The notes: generated by a model from the sequence alone, not told the origin. Positions 1-10,832 are shown, numbered from the stretch's first letter. The stretch is 32,000 nucleotides of DNA from Prochlorococcus sp. MIT 0801 (GCF_000757865.1 NZ_CP007754.1:1-32000), one strand, 5' to 3'. A program made the numbers and translations.

Positions 1-59
1 GGACATTCGAATATCCAAAAATAAAACTGTCTGTTAATTTCAATTGTTTATGCTTATGA

Positions 60-235
60 GTGTTGTGGAAAACTCACTAAAACTAGTTAATAATTATTTT
101 TAGTTTTTCCACAGAGACTAAAATTAGTAGAAAAAATATTTTTTTCCACTTTCAAAATAACTTCTCCACAAGCAAAATTTGAAAAATAATAGATGATTAC
201 TATGGTTTCTGTGTTAACCACAGAAACCACAGCCT
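60..235. other. Putative chromosomal replication origin (oriC): cluster of DnaA-box-like 9-mers upstream of dnaN
   Basis: Two perfect matches to the cyanobacterial box variant TTTTCCACA, at 105-113 (+) and 64-72 (TGTGGAAAA, i.e. minus strand). Near matches at 142-150 TTTTCCACT, 162-170 TTCTCCACA, 214-222 TTAACCACA and 223-231 GAAACCACA. Flanked by A/T tracts and located directly 5' of dnaN. Confidence 0.6.
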
Positions 236-373
236 CTACTACTACTAATTCAATTTCATATAAGAAATAAAGAAGTTGAATAGAAGTGAAAAGTTTTGTT
301 TTTTTTAACGGTATTGCTTTTTGGAAATAGCTATGAAATTCTTATATCAAGGATTTTTATTTGAAATAACAGA

Positions 374-1534
374 ATGAAGTTAAATTGTTCCCAGTCTGAA
401 TTAAATACTGCTCTTCAATTGGTTAGTAAAGCAGTTTCTAACCGACCGACGCACCCTGTATTAGCTAATGTTTTGCTCGCTGCTGATGAGGTAACTGGTA
501 AACTTCGTCTTACTGGTTTTGATTTAAGTTTAGGAATACAAACTTCAATATCTGCTTCTATAGAGAGTAGTGGTGCTATAACTTTGCCTGCTAAGTTATT
601 TGGTGAAATTGTCTCGAAATTATCTAATGACTCACCTATAATTTTGGCATCAGATGAAAATAGTCAACAAGTCGAGTTAACAAGTAAAAGTGGAACATAT
701 CAAGTAAGAGGAATGCTTTCTGATGATTTTCCTGATTTACCTTTAGTAGAAAGTGGTATATCGCTTAAGTTGAATCCATTATTATTATCCAATGCAATTA
801 AATCAACTTTATTTGCAAGTAGTACTGACGACGCTAAACAATTACTTACTGGTGTGAATCTTACCTTTAACGGCCATGGTATTGAATCTGCAGCTACTGA
901 TGGACATAGATTAGCTGTTCTTAATTTAAATAATATATTATCTGATTCAAAAGAGACAGATAGTTCAAATAATTTAGAAAAATTTTCTATTACATTACCT
1001 TCTAAATCTTTAAGAGAAGTGGAAAAATTTTTAAGTACTTGTGATATTAGTCAACCAATTAATTTTTTTATTGAAAAGGGTCAAGTAGTTTTTATATCTG
1101 TCGATGATATTATAACTATCAGGGCTTTAGAAGGTTCTTATCCAAATTATTCACAATTATTGCCTGATACTTTTGAAAAAGAATTAGAATTTGATCGGAA
1201 AGAATTTATATCTTCATTAGAAAGAATTGCTGTTTTAGCAGATCAACATAATAATGTTATAAAAGTAACTACTGATGGTTCTGCTAATTTAATAAAAATT
1301 AGTACAGATGCCCAAGATATTGGAGCAGGTTATGAATCAATACCTGTCTCTTATAAAGGTGAATCATTTCAAATAGCATTTAATGTTAGATATTTATTAG
1401 ATGGACTTAAAGTTATAGATTCAAATCTGATTAAATTAAGTTGTAATTCTCCTACTACACCTGCAGTTTTCTCACCTATTAATAGTGATGTTAATTTTAC
1501 TTATTTAGTAATGCCCATACAAATACGAAATTAA
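374..1534 (+). CDS. dnaN: DNA polymerase III beta subunit (sliding clamp)
   Basis: 386 aa ORF. N-terminus MKLNCSQSELNTALQLVSKAVSNRPTHPVLANVLL is the classic DnaN opening. Length fits three clamp domains and the gene sits next to the DnaA-box cluster. Confidence 0.95.
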   Translation: MKLNCSQSELNTALQLVSKAVSNRPTHPVLANVLLAADEVTGKLRLTGFDLSLGIQTSISASIESSGAITLPAKLFGEIVSKLSNDSPIILASDENSQQVELTSKSGTYQVRGMLSDDFPDLPLVESGISLKLNPLLLSNAIKSTLFASSTDDAKQLLTGVNLTFNGHGIESAATDGHRLAVLNLNNILSDSKETDSSNNLEKFSITLPSKSLREVEKFLSTCDISQPINFFIEKGQVVFISVDDIITIRALEGSYPNYSQLLPDTFEKELEFDRKEFISSLERIAVLADQHNNVIKVTTDGSANLIKISTDAQDIGAGYESIPVSYKGESFQIAFNVRYLLDGLKVIDSNLIKLSCNSPTTPAVFSPINSDVNFTYLVMPIQIRN

Positions 1535-1536
1535 TT

Positions 1537-2319
1537 TTGGCTGTTCCTAAAAAATTATTATTTAGTGATTTATTAAAACATAACGTTCGTTGTGAGAGTG
1601 GAATTGATCATGGTCCAGTTATTAGTCCATGGATGCATCCACCTGTTCATAGATTATTAGGATTTATAACTCGTCCTTCTAACTTGAGACTTGACAGAGA
1701 GGTGTGGAGATTAGATCAACTAAAAGGAATAAATCAACAAGAAGTGTTTGTAAAAGGTCCTTGTTCAGTTTCTGACGAACAAACCTTAGATCGTTTCCCT
1801 ACTTTAATGAATGCAAATGTTTTTAATAGAAGTGGTCAAAGAATAGGCTTAATAGCTGATTTTCTTTTTGAGCTAAAGAAAGGAAATATACAATATTATT
1901 TAGTTAGTAGATCTAATCCATTTATTCCAGGAACTAGTAGATGGCGTTTAAACATAGCTCAAATTATTGATAAACAGCCAGGTTCTATCTCTTGCGATAT
2001 TGATACATTTGAAGACCTACCAATACAGAAAGCTAGTTTAAAAGAAGAATTTCTTAGTAAGAGTAGAAAATGGAAAACTCAATTTCAAGATTTAACTCAT
2101 AACGCTTCTGATAAGCTTGAGGGGTGGATCGATGATCAAATTAGCGAAAGTGATAACGATTTTGTTAATAATTCTTATGAAATATTGAATGACGATGCTT
2201 CATATGATGACTGGATAGACAATTTAGATATAGATAGTGCCGAAGAATTTAATAGAATGAATAAACGTAAGAAAAATACAAATTCCACTAATGAAAGAGA
2301 TCTTGATCCTTGGATTTAA
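1537..2319 (+). CDS. Conserved hypothetical protein with two PRC-barrel-like segments and an acidic D/N-rich C-terminal tail
   Basis: 260 aa ORF starting at TTG, 2 nt after the dnaN stop. Two segments fit the PRC-barrel pattern (LLFSDLLKHNVRCESGIDHGPV...LLGFI and LMNANVFNRSGQRIGLIADFLFELKKGNIQYYLVS). The next in-frame ATG (residue 33) would truncate the first one. Function unknown. Confidence 0.7.
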   Translation: MAVPKKLLFSDLLKHNVRCESGIDHGPVISPWMHPPVHRLLGFITRPSNLRLDREVWRLDQLKGINQQEVFVKGPCSVSDEQTLDRFPTLMNANVFNRSGQRIGLIADFLFELKKGNIQYYLVSRSNPFIPGTSRWRLNIAQIIDKQPGSISCDIDTFEDLPIQKASLKEEFLSKSRKWKTQFQDLTHNASDKLEGWIDDQISESDNDFVNNSYEILNDDASYDDWIDNLDIDSAEEFNRMNKRKKNTNSTNERDLDPWI

Positions 2320-2322
2320 GAA

Positions 2323-4734
2323 ATGACAGTGTCTTTTGAAAATAGTGATTTTAACCAATTCATTAATTCATCAAAATTTCTTGTTGAATATGATGTTATG
2401 TCTGTTCTTGAGCAAGAAGGCTTAAAACAATCTGATTATGTAGAAATTTGTAGAAGACTCAATCGGGCTCCAAACAGAAATGAATTAGGAATGTTTGGTG
2501 TTATGTGGTCTGAACATTGTTGCTATCGAAACTCTCGACCTTTACTTAAAAATTTTCCCACAACAGGTAGTCGAATCCTTGTAGGGCCTGGAGAAAATGC
2601 AGGTGTAGTTGATATTGGTTTAGGGCAAAGATTAGTTTTTAAAATTGAAAGTCATAACCATCCATCAGCTGTAGAGCCGTTTCAAGGAGCAGCAACTGGG
2701 GTAGGTGGAATTCTTAGAGATATTTTTACTATGGGAGCTAGGCCAATAGCCTTGTTGAATGCTTTAAGGTTTGGTCCATTAGATGATGAAAAAAATATTA
2801 GTTTAATGGAAGGTGTAGTTGCAGGTATTTCTCACTATGGAAACTGTGTAGGTGTTCCTACTATTGGAGGAGAAGTGGGATTTGATAGTAGTTATTCAGG
2901 TAACCCCTTAGTTAATGCAATGGCGTTGGGTTTGATGGAAACAGAAGAAATAGTTTGTTCAGGTGCTAGTGGAATAGATTTTCCAGTTCTTTACGTAGGA
3001 AATACAACTGGTAGAGATGGTATGGGAGGAGCAAGCTTTGCTAGTTCTGAACTTTCTAAAACTTCACTAGATGATCGACCTGCAGTTCAGGTTGGTGATC
3101 CTTTTCTTGAAAAAGGATTAATAGAAGCTTGTTTAGAAGCCTTTAAAACAGGTTATGTAATTGCTGCTCAAGATATGGGAGCGGCGGGGTTGACATGTAG
3201 TTGTTCTGAAATGGCGTCTAAAGGTGAGGTAGGAATTGAATTAAACCTTGACCTTGTTCCGGCGAGAGAAAAGGGAATGACTGCATATGAATTTTTGTTG
3301 TCTGAATCACAAGAACGAATGCTGTTTGTTGTGAAACCTGGTTCAGAAGAAGAGTTGAGACAATTATTTATAAGATGGGGATTATATGTTGAAGTTGTTG
3401 GAAAAGTTTTAAAAGAAAAAGTTGTTAGAGTGATTCATAATGATGAAGTAGTAGCAAATCTGCCCGCATCTGCGCTTGCCGATGATACACCTATAGAAGA
3501 ACATATATTAATAAATTCAATACCTGAATATTTGCAAGAACATTGGAAATGGACTGAAGATTTACTACCCAAAACTTTAAATGATGGAATTATTAATATA
3601 AAAAATAATTTATTTATTAGTTGGAATAATGTTCTATCAGATTTATTAAGTACGCCTTCAATAGCTTCAAAAAATTGGATTTATAAACAATACGACTATC
3701 AAGTGCAATCTAATACAGTTGTTTCTCCTGGAGAAGCTGATGCAGCTGTTATTAGGATTCGTTCTCAAAATGATTTTCAAACCAAACCAAAGAAAGATAG
3801 GGGAATAGCATCAGTCGTAGATTGTAATGATAGATGGGTTTATTTAGATCCTCTAAGAGGAAGTATGTCTGCTGTTGCAGAAGCAGCTAGGAACTTAAGT
3901 TCTGTGGGAGCTGAACCTATAGCAATTACAAATAATTTAAATTTTTCTTCTCCAGACAAAGCAGTTGGTTTTTGGCAATTATCAATGTCATGTGAAGGGA
4001 TAACTAAAGCTTGCTTAGCATTGAATACTCCAGTTACAGGAGGAAATGTCTCATTATATAATGATACTAAATTGCCCAATAATACCGTTATCCCAATACA
4101 TCCAACGCCAGTAATTGGTATGGTTGGATTAATAGAGGATATTAATAAAATTTGTAAAAAATCTTGGGTTAAAGCTAAAGATCAAATATGGATGATTGGT
4201 CTACCTCTGGAAAATAATATCAATCAAGATCCAAGAATTTCACTATCTGCATCATCTTTTTTAGAGTATATTCATGGATTGAAAACAGGAAGACCTCCAG
4301 AAATAGATTTAAATTTAGAAAAACAAGTTCATGCATTTTTAAGAGAAATAATAAAAAAAGGTATTATTAACTCTGCCCATGATTTAGGTGATGGTGGTTT
4401 GGCAGTAGCTATAGCTGAATGTTGTATTTCTTCTGGCTATGGAGCAAATATTATGCTCTCTCCAAGTGAATCAAGATTAGATAGACTCTTATTTGCTGAA
4501 GGAGGAGCAAGAGTTTTAGTTAGTTGTTCAAGTGATCAAAGCCTAGAATTAAGGAAATACTATAAAAATATTTCCTTACAAGAATCTAATCTTTTTTCAA
4601 TATCTCATTTAGGTAATGTAAATAATCAAAAAAGACTATTAGTATCTCAATCTAATCATACAATTATAGATGTTAATATTTCAGACTTGAAAGATATATA
4701 CAAAGACACTATTTATAAAAAAATAACTAAATAA
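2323..4734 (+). CDS. purL: Phosphoribosylformylglycinamidine synthase subunit II
   Basis: 803 aa. Motifs [34 protein letters not shown] and a duplicated AIR-synthase-like fold are typical of small PurL. Confidence 0.95.
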   Translation: MTVSFENSDFNQFINSSKFLVEYDVMSVLEQEGLKQSDYVEICRRLNRAPNRNELGMFGVMWSEHCCYRNSRPLLKNFPTTGSRILVGPGENAGVVDIGLGQRLVFKIESHNHPSAVEPFQGAATGVGGILRDIFTMGARPIALLNALRFGPLDDEKNISLMEGVVAGISHYGNCVGVPTIGGEVGFDSSYSGNPLVNAMALGLMETEEIVCSGASGIDFPVLYVGNTTGRDGMGGASFASSELSKTSLDDRPAVQVGDPFLEKGLIEACLEAFKTGYVIAAQDMGAAGLTCSCSEMASKGEVGIELNLDLVPAREKGMTAYEFLLSESQERMLFVVKPGSEEELRQLFIRWGLYVEVVGKVLKEKVVRVIHNDEVVANLPASALADDTPIEEHILINSIPEYLQEHWKWTEDLLPKTLNDGIINIKNNLFISWNNVLSDLLSTPSIASKNWIYKQYDYQVQSNTVVSPGEADAAVIRIRSQNDFQTKPKKDRGIASVVDCNDRWVYLDPLRGSMSAVAEAARNLSSVGAEPIAITNNLNFSSPDKAVGFWQLSMSCEGITKACLALNTPVTGGNVSLYNDTKLPNNTVIPIHPTPVIGMVGLIEDINKICKKSWVKAKDQIWMIGLPLENNINQDPRISLSASSFLEYIHGLKTGRPPEIDLNLEKQVHAFLREIIKKGIINSAHDLGDGGLAVAIAECCISSGYGANIMLSPSESRLDRLLFAEGGARVLVSCSSDQSLELRKYYKNISLQESNLFSISHLGNVNNQKRLLVSQSNHTIIDVNISDLKDIYKDTIYKKITK

Positions 4735-4795
4735 AATCATCTATGAATTATAATTCTAAAATTAAATTTAGGTCACGTAACCAAGGAATATAATC

Positions 4796-6253
4796 ATGTG
4801 TGGAATTGTAGGTGTTGTCTCAACTGATCAATGTAATCAACAAATTTACGATAGCTTGCTACTGCTTCAGCATAGAGGTCAAGATTCTACGGGAATAGCA
4901 ACAATGGATGGCAGTGTTTTTCATATTAATAAATCTAAAGGTCAAGTTCGGGAAGCTTATAGAACTAGAGATATGAGAGCTTTGATTGGAAGATCAGGAT
5001 TGGGGCATGTACGTTATGCAACTAAAGGTGCTGCTCATAGAGAAGAAGAAGCACAACCTTTTTACGTAAATGCTCCTTACGGAATTATTCTTGTTCATAA
5101 TGGCAACTTAACTAATACAAGAGAGCTAGAAAAAGAACTTTTTAAAGTTGATAAAAGACATACAAATACATCAAGCGATACTGAAATGTTATTAAATGTT
5201 TTGGCAACAGAATTAAATAGTGAAATAAAAGGAAAAGATATAGATCCAGATGATCTTTTTAATGCTGTTAAAAGACTTCATTCGAGAGTTGAGGGATCCT
5301 ATGCTTCAATCGCTTTAATAGCAGGTCATGGTCTTTTAGCCTTTAGAGATCCTTTTGGAATTCGCCCTTTGGTTATTGGGAGAAGGATAAAAGAAAATAA
5401 CAAACCTGAGTGGGTAATCGCTAGTGAATCTCTAGTTATTGAAAATAATGATTATGAAATTGTAAGAGATGTTGAACCAGGAGAGGCGATCTTTATAACT
5501 TCAGATGGTGAGTTTTTTTCTAAACAATGCTCAGATAATCCACAATTATTCCCCTGTTCATTTGAATATGTTTATTTAGCTAGACCTGACTCAATTATGA
5601 ATGGTATTTCTGTTTATGAGTCAAGATTAAGAATGGGGGATTTATTAGCAGAAACTATAAAAAAACAAATTTCTCTTGGTGATGTAGATGTAGTAATGCC
5701 AATTCCTGATTCTTCTAGACCTGCTGCAATGCAGGTAGCAAGACAGTTAGGTATTGAATATAGAGAAGGTTTTTTCAAGAATCGTTATGTAGGTAGAACA
5801 TTTATAATGCCTGGTCAATCTTTAAGAAAACGCTCAGTGCGTCAGAAGCTAAACGCTATGAGTACAGAATTTAAAAATAAAAATGTATTGATAGTTGATG
5901 ATTCAGTGGTTAGAGGAACCACATCTCAGCAAATCGTTCAAATGGCAAGAAGTGCTGGGGCTAATAAAGTGACTTTTACTTCTGCTGCACCACCAATTAG
6001 ATATCCACATGTTTACGGAATTAATATGCCAAGTAGGAATGAATTGATCGCTTATAATAGAGATATAAAACAAATAGAAAATAATTTATTTATTGATAAA
6101 ATGATTTATCAAGAAGTAGACGATCTTACTAAAGCTATTACGCAAGGTTCTAGAATAAAGGAATTAGATTTATCTTGCTTTACAGGAAAATATGTTACTG
6201 GAACAGTCACTGATGAATATTTAACTTGGGTTGAAAAAACATCTTTGTCTTAA
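4796..6253 (+). CDS. purF: Amidophosphoribosyltransferase
   Basis: 485 aa. N-terminal MCGIVG (Ntn amidotransferase Cys), PRPP-binding [13 protein letters not shown], and C-terminal Cys residues consistent with the Fe-S type. Confidence 0.95.
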   Translation: MCGIVGVVSTDQCNQQIYDSLLLLQHRGQDSTGIATMDGSVFHINKSKGQVREAYRTRDMRALIGRSGLGHVRYATKGAAHREEEAQPFYVNAPYGIILVHNGNLTNTRELEKELFKVDKRHTNTSSDTEMLLNVLATELNSEIKGKDIDPDDLFNAVKRLHSRVEGSYASIALIAGHGLLAFRDPFGIRPLVIGRRIKENNKPEWVIASESLVIENNDYEIVRDVEPGEAIFITSDGEFFSKQCSDNPQLFPCSFEYVYLARPDSIMNGISVYESRLRMGDLLAETIKKQISLGDVDVVMPIPDSSRPAAMQVARQLGIEYREGFFKNRYVGRTFIMPGQSLRKRSVRQKLNAMSTEFKNKNVLIVDDSVVRGTTSQQIVQMARSAGANKVTFTSAAPPIRYPHVYGINMPSRNELIAYNRDIKQIENNLFIDKMIYQEVDDLTKAITQGSRIKELDLSCFTGKYVTGTVTDEYLTWVEKTSLS

Positions 6254-8742
6254 TTTTGTTCTGGTAATTTCATTGAAAAACTAGATTTTAAAAACTCATT
6301 ATTGTTTAATTCTATATTTAATCTATTCTGTTTTTTATATGAACTATTATCAATTTGATCGGTTTTTAATTTTTGATATTTAGCATTATCAGTGCTAATA
6401 TAAACGTGTTTATTATTTATAAAACAATCAATTACTCTTTCTTTAATTGTTTTATTATCTTTAAAATGTATTCCCATTGTTCCTAATGCTCCTTTTTTGG
6501 AAATAGTTATTTCTTTAATTGAATGTTTTATGAAATAACCTTTATTAGTTATTAAAATTAAATCTTTATTTTGTTTTTTTTCTTCTTCTTTGAAACTTAA
6601 GGCTTTAACTATATTTTCATTTGGAAATAATTTTATTATATTTGTTCCTTGAGCTAATTTGCTCATCAATGGGAAATCATTTTCTACTATTTTAATTTTA
6701 ATAATTCTTCCAATATCACTCACTATATACAAATAGCTATTCTCTTTACAAAGAATGCAAGATTGAAGCTTTACACTGTCTTTTAATTTTAAAATCGTAG
6801 TTGACCGATTAGAAATATCACTAATCTCATTGATTGAAATTCTTTTAAACTTTCCATCAGTACTTATTAATCCTATACTTATATCTTGTATTTCTGTTAG
6901 TGGAATAAGATTAATTATTTTATCATTTTCTAAACCTGCTGGTAAAAATCGTTTTAGAGGGCCGGGTTTTTGTCCTGCAAATTCCCACTTAATAAGACCT
7001 ATTTTACCTTCTTGACTAACGGCTAATATTTTGGGCTCATCTTTAATTGGCCATATTAGCTTTGCAGGGAGAATATCTTTTCTTTCTTGATCACTTTCTT
7101 TTAACTTTAATTTTTTTATTGTTAGTGAAGGAACTATTTTTATTTCATTATTCGATTGTATAATTATTTCAGAATCCGTTGATAATTCTTTTAACGCATT
7201 TATTCTTTGAAGTTCTTTATTTGGTCTTTGATTTGCCATTTTTTCAGCAATAAGAGCATCTCCACCTTCTATTAATTTTGTTCTTCTTTTACTACCAAAT
7301 CTTTTTTTAAGATCTTTTAGCTCTTTAATCATAACTTTCATTAAATTTTCTTTGTTATTAATTATCAATTCGAGTTCTGCTCTCTTATTTTTTAAATCTT
7401 TTATTTCATTCTTTAGAGAATCTTTTTCGAGACTTGTAATTTTCTTTAAAGGCATACCGAGGATCCCATCTGCTTGCCTCTCATTAATCTTTAAGCTAAT
7501 AATTAAATTAATTCTTGCTTCAGTTGTATCTTTAGAATTTTCAATCAAATCAATTACTTTTCTAAGATTATTTGTAGCTTGGATTAGAGCCTCTACTATC
7601 TCTTGTCTATTTTTAATATTTTTAAGTAAATAATTACTTCTGAGTAAAATAGTATTTTCTCTAAATTCTAAAAAATTATTTAATAATGTTCTTAACGTAA
7701 GTTGTACTGGCTGGCCATTAACTAATGCAAGTAAAATGGCACCAAAGTTGCTTTGTAAAGCAGTTTTTTGATACAAAAAATCTAGAATTTTTTTTGGATC
7801 AGAATCTCTTTTAACTTCAACAAGAATTCGCATTCCATCTCGATCACTTTCATCTCTAATATCTGCTATTCCCGAAACTTTTCCATTATTTACAAGGTCA
7901 GCTAATTTTTCAATCCAGCCAGCTTTGTTTAATTGATATGGTAGTTCTGAAATAATAATCCCACTTCTTTTGTGTTTACCCTTTCCAGGATTAATTTCTT
8001 CAATGTGAGCTATTCCTCTCATGGTTATACTTCCTCTCCCTTTTGTGTAAGTTTCTTTTATTCCGCTACTTATCAATATCTCACCACCCGTTGGAAAGTC
8101 AGGTCCAGGTATCATTTCTAATAATTTTTCTTCGTTTAGTGAAGGTTTTTTTATTATTGCTATTAAGGCCTCTACTACCTCATTCAAATTGTGTGGAGGA
8201 ATGCTTGTAGCCATTCCAACAGCAATCCCTGTACTTCCATTTAAGATGAGGAAAGGTAATTGAGCGGGTAAAACATCTGGTTCTTGTTGTGAGCCATCAA
8301 AATTTGGTGAAAAATCAACAGTTTCTTGATCTATTTCACTTAAAATTGCATCGTTAGATATTGGCGCAAGTCTAGTTTCCGTATATCTCATTGCTGCAGG
8401 AGGATCATCATCAATAGATCCAAAGTTTCCGTGACCATCAAGAATTGGATATCTTGAATTAAATATTTGAACTTGTCTTACAAGTGCATCGTAGACAGCT
8501 TGATCTCCATGTGGATGATATTTGCCAAGAACATCTCCTACAACACGAGCACATTTCCTGTAAGGTCTTTCGGGCGTAAGTCCTAATTCGTGCATTGCAA
8601 AAAGAATTCTTCTTTGCACCGGTTTCAATCCATCTCTCGCGTCTGGCAATGCTCTCCCAACGATTACGCTCATTGCGTACTCGAGATAAGAACGCTGCAT
8701 TTCCTGATGCAACGATATAGGTTTCAGCCGTTCCTTGGCCAT
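6250..8742 (-). CDS. Type IIA topoisomerase A subunit (DNA gyrase/topoisomerase IV subunit A paralogue, ParC-like)
   Basis: 830 aa. [16 protein letters not shown] and the catalytic Tyr context AAMRYTE are present. No GyrA-box (QRRGGKG-like) is visible in the K/N/I-rich C-terminal domain. Confidence 0.9.
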   Translation of the reverse strand: MAKERLKPISLHQEMQRSYLEYAMSVIVGRALPDARDGLKPVQRRILFAMHELGLTPERPYRKCARVVGDVLGKYHPHGDQAVYDALVRQVQIFNSRYPILDGHGNFGSIDDDPPAAMRYTETRLAPISNDAILSEIDQETVDFSPNFDGSQQEPDVLPAQLPFLILNGSTGIAVGMATSIPPHNLNEVVEALIAIIKKPSLNEEKLLEMIPGPDFPTGGEILISSGIKETYTKGRGSITMRGIAHIEEINPGKGKHKRSGIIISELPYQLNKAGWIEKLADLVNNGKVSGIADIRDESDRDGMRILVEVKRDSDPKKILDFLYQKTALQSNFGAILLALVNGQPVQLTLRTLLNNFLEFRENTILLRSNYLLKNIKNRQEIVEALIQATNNLRKVIDLIENSKDTTEARINLIISLKINERQADGILGMPLKKITSLEKDSLKNEIKDLKNKRAELELIINNKENLMKVMIKELKDLKKRFGSKRRTKLIEGGDALIAEKMANQRPNKELQRINALKELSTDSEIIIQSNNEIKIVPSLTIKKLKLKESDQERKDILPAKLIWPIKDEPKILAVSQEGKIGLIKWEFAGQKPGPLKRFLPAGLENDKIINLIPLTEIQDISIGLISTDGKFKRISINEISDISNRSTTILKLKDSVKLQSCILCKENSYLYIVSDIGRIIKIKIVENDFPLMSKLAQGTNIIKLFPNENIVKALSFKEEEKKQNKDLILITNKGYFIKHSIKEITISKKGALGTMGIHFKDNKTIKERVIDCFINNKHVYISTDNAKYQKLKTDQIDNSSYKKQNRLNIELNNNEFLKSSFSMKLPEQN

Positions 8743-8825
8743 CTTGAAGTATGAAAGAGGCCTAAATTTCTTTGTTTAGGTTACTAACTAATTTGCCAAA
8801 AACCAGCTTTTTGTTAAACATTAAC

Positions 8826-9698
8826 TCATTGAGTTTTTTCTCTAGCTTCTCTAACTACTTTTTTCATTTCTTTCGTTTTAAAAAAAAGTTTTGCTGACTG
8901 TTGTAACTTTCTTCCCCACAATTGTTCAGATTGATATTCAATATCAGCATATTGTGGATTATCTATTAAAGCATTTTTTGCTATGTTTAATGATTCAATT
9001 GACTTTCCTTTCGTTGAATAGATTGAAATTGCTAATGCAAGTCTAGGCTCAGCATTATTACTTAATTTTGCTGCTAATTTAAATTTTGAGATAGCTTCTT
9101 TTTTTTTATTAATTTCATAAAGAATGAGACCTTTATTATTAATTACTTGCCAAAAATTAGGATTTAATTTAATTACTTTATTGTAAGTATCTAATGCTTT
9201 AGTATATTCTTTTAGCATAAAATATGCATTTCCAAGTTGGAAGTAGCCTGTTTCATTTTTATTATCTAAAAATAATCCTTGTTTAAGCATTAAAATAGCA
9301 TTCTTAAGATGTTTTGAATTCATATATATAGAACCTTTAGTAAAATATATTGAGGCATTTTTAGGATTTATTACTAAAGCTTTATCCAATGATAATAATG
9401 CTCTATCACTATCTTTTGATTTCAACTGTGCTTCTGCAAGAGCCATCCAAAGAGTTTCTTCTTTAGGATTTAGTTGTAATGCAAGTTTTAAAATTTTAAT
9501 TGCTTCTTTATATTGACCAAATTGAATCAGTTGAATAGCTGTTTTTCCGATTTGTATTGAAGTAGATTCAAATTCTTGTTGGTTTGGTTCGTTAATCTTT
9601 GGAAAAAATGCAATTGACGAATTAGGTATAAAAAAACTTTCAATTAGACTTAGACTAAGTAAATATTGAAAAATTTTTGAAGTTTTCATCATAATCAT
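8826..9698 (-). CDS. TPR-repeat protein with hydrophobic N-terminal signal-like segment
   Basis: 290 aa. Repeated 34-aa A/Y/L-patterned units (e.g. GNAYFMLKEYTKALDTYNKVIKLNPN). N-terminus is MIMMKTSKIFQYLLSLSLIESFF. Starts 2 nt after the queG stop. Confidence 0.8.
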   Translation of the reverse strand: MIMMKTSKIFQYLLSLSLIESFFIPNSSIAFFPKINEPNQQEFESTSIQIGKTAIQLIQFGQYKEAIKILKLALQLNPKEETLWMALAEAQLKSKDSDRALLSLDKALVINPKNASIYFTKGSIYMNSKHLKNAILMLKQGLFLDNKNETGYFQLGNAYFMLKEYTKALDTYNKVIKLNPNFWQVINNKGLILYEINKKKEAISKFKLAAKLSNNAEPRLALAISIYSTKGKSIESLNIAKNALIDNPQYADIEYQSEQLWGRKLQQSAKLFFKTKEMKKVVREAREKTQ

Positions 9699-9700
9699 TT

Positions 9701-10681
9701 TTATGTATTCTTTGATATTGAATCTATATTCCTACGCCACATCCATGGCTTAATTCGTTTTAGTGCTGAATTTTTTAAACTTTCTTTCCATCTTGAATCA
9801 TCCCATGACAATAGATCTTGTTTACTTGTATTTAATATCCATTCAGATGGCTGAAGATCCGGTTCTGCTGTGCTCGGAATATTGTTTTGGTTCCATGGAC
9901 ATACATCTTGGCAAATATCACAACCAGCAATCCAATTGCCCATTTTATTAATAATGTTTTTTGGTAATTCTTGATCTCTGTTTTCTAAGGTGTGATATGC
10001 CAAACATTTGTTTGAGTTTATAATAAATGGTTCTTCTATTGCTTTAGTTGGGCAGGCTTCAATACATTTTTCACACTCACCACATATTGGTTTGGAAGGC
10101 TTATCAGATTCTAAAACTTCAGTAGATAAGAGATGACCTAAAAACATCCATGAACCAATCTCAGAGTTAATTATGTTGCTGTGTTTTCCAATCCATCCAA
10201 TACCAGCTTCTTCTGCCCATGCTTTATCTAAAAATGCGCTTGTATCAACACATATTTTCCATTTAGCATTTGGTCTTTCTGTTTCTAAAAACTTAGCAAT
10301 TTTTTTTAATTTTTTTTCAATAATTTTGTGATAATCCTTTCCCCATCCATATCTGGCAATTGATATGTCTTTAGGTGCTCTGTCAGTATCTACATAGTAA
10401 TTAAGTCCAACAGCAAGAACACTTTTTACCCCTTTGAGAAGGCTTTCTATATCTTTTCTTCTTGGGCTCTTCATCCATTCCATTTTTGCTTGATGGCCTG
10501 CTTGTAACCATCTTTCTAATGAAGCGGTTCGAAGTTTGATTCTTGAAGATCCTGGAACTTTTGCAATTCCTACTGCATCAAAGCCTTCTTCAAAAGCTTT
10601 TTCTTTAATTTTTTTTGCCAGATCAATAGAATTTTTCAAGATTGGAGCTAGTTTTTCATGAATAATGCTTTTGCCTTTCAT
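9701..10681 (-). CDS. queG: Epoxyqueuosine reductase (tRNA queuosine biosynthesis, 4Fe-4S protein)
   Basis: 326 aa. Two ferredoxin-type Cys clusters, CGECEKCIEACP and CDICQDVCPWN, in the QueG/DUF1730 architecture. Confidence 0.85.
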   Translation of the reverse strand: MKGKSIIHEKLAPILKNSIDLAKKIKEKAFEEGFDAVGIAKVPGSSRIKLRTASLERWLQAGHQAKMEWMKSPRRKDIESLLKGVKSVLAVGLNYYVDTDRAPKDISIARYGWGKDYHKIIEKKLKKIAKFLETERPNAKWKICVDTSAFLDKAWAEEAGIGWIGKHSNIINSEIGSWMFLGHLLSTEVLESDKPSKPICGECEKCIEACPTKAIEEPFIINSNKCLAYHTLENRDQELPKNIINKMGNWIAGCDICQDVCPWNQNNIPSTAEPDLQPSEWILNTSKQDLLSWDDSRWKESLKNSALKRIKPWMWRRNIDSISKNT

Positions 10682-10832
10682 TAAAAGGTTTTTTAGTCAA
10701 TTCCGACTTTATTAGGAGCTTTAAATGCTTTCTTTTGATGTTTTATTTCTATTAATAGCTTAAATTATTTAATTAATGCACTTAATTTGGTTAGATTGTG
10801 TATATATATATTTTTCGGACTCTCTTTATTTG

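Noticed and set aside
333-377. 14-codon upstream ORF (MKFLYQGFLFEITE) whose TGA stop overlaps the dnaN ATG in an ATGA arrangement
   Set aside because: It is very short, lies in AT-rich DNA where such ORFs arise by chance, and has no Shine-Dalgarno sequence. I cannot assess conservation, so it does not support a leader-peptide claim.
4771-4782. Quasi-palindrome GGTCACGTAACC upstream of purF that could be an operator
   Set aside because: It is 12 bp with one mismatched pair, I know of no matching regulator motif in cyanobacteria, and it could easily arise by chance.
7352-7633. 93-aa ORF (and a 61-aa ORF at 6830-7015) antisense to the topoisomerase A-subunit gene
   Set aside because: These are Phe/Ile/Leu/Ser-rich mirror images of a Lys/Glu/Asn-rich coding stretch, with no motifs. 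I treat them as shadow ORFs.
10776-10832. 19-codon N-terminal extension (MHLIWLDCVYIYFSDSLYL) of the DUF502 ORF
   Set aside because: It runs through a TATATATATA tract in the divergent promoter region. The family-typical N-terminus begins at the GTG at 10833, so the extension is probably non-coding, though this is not proven.
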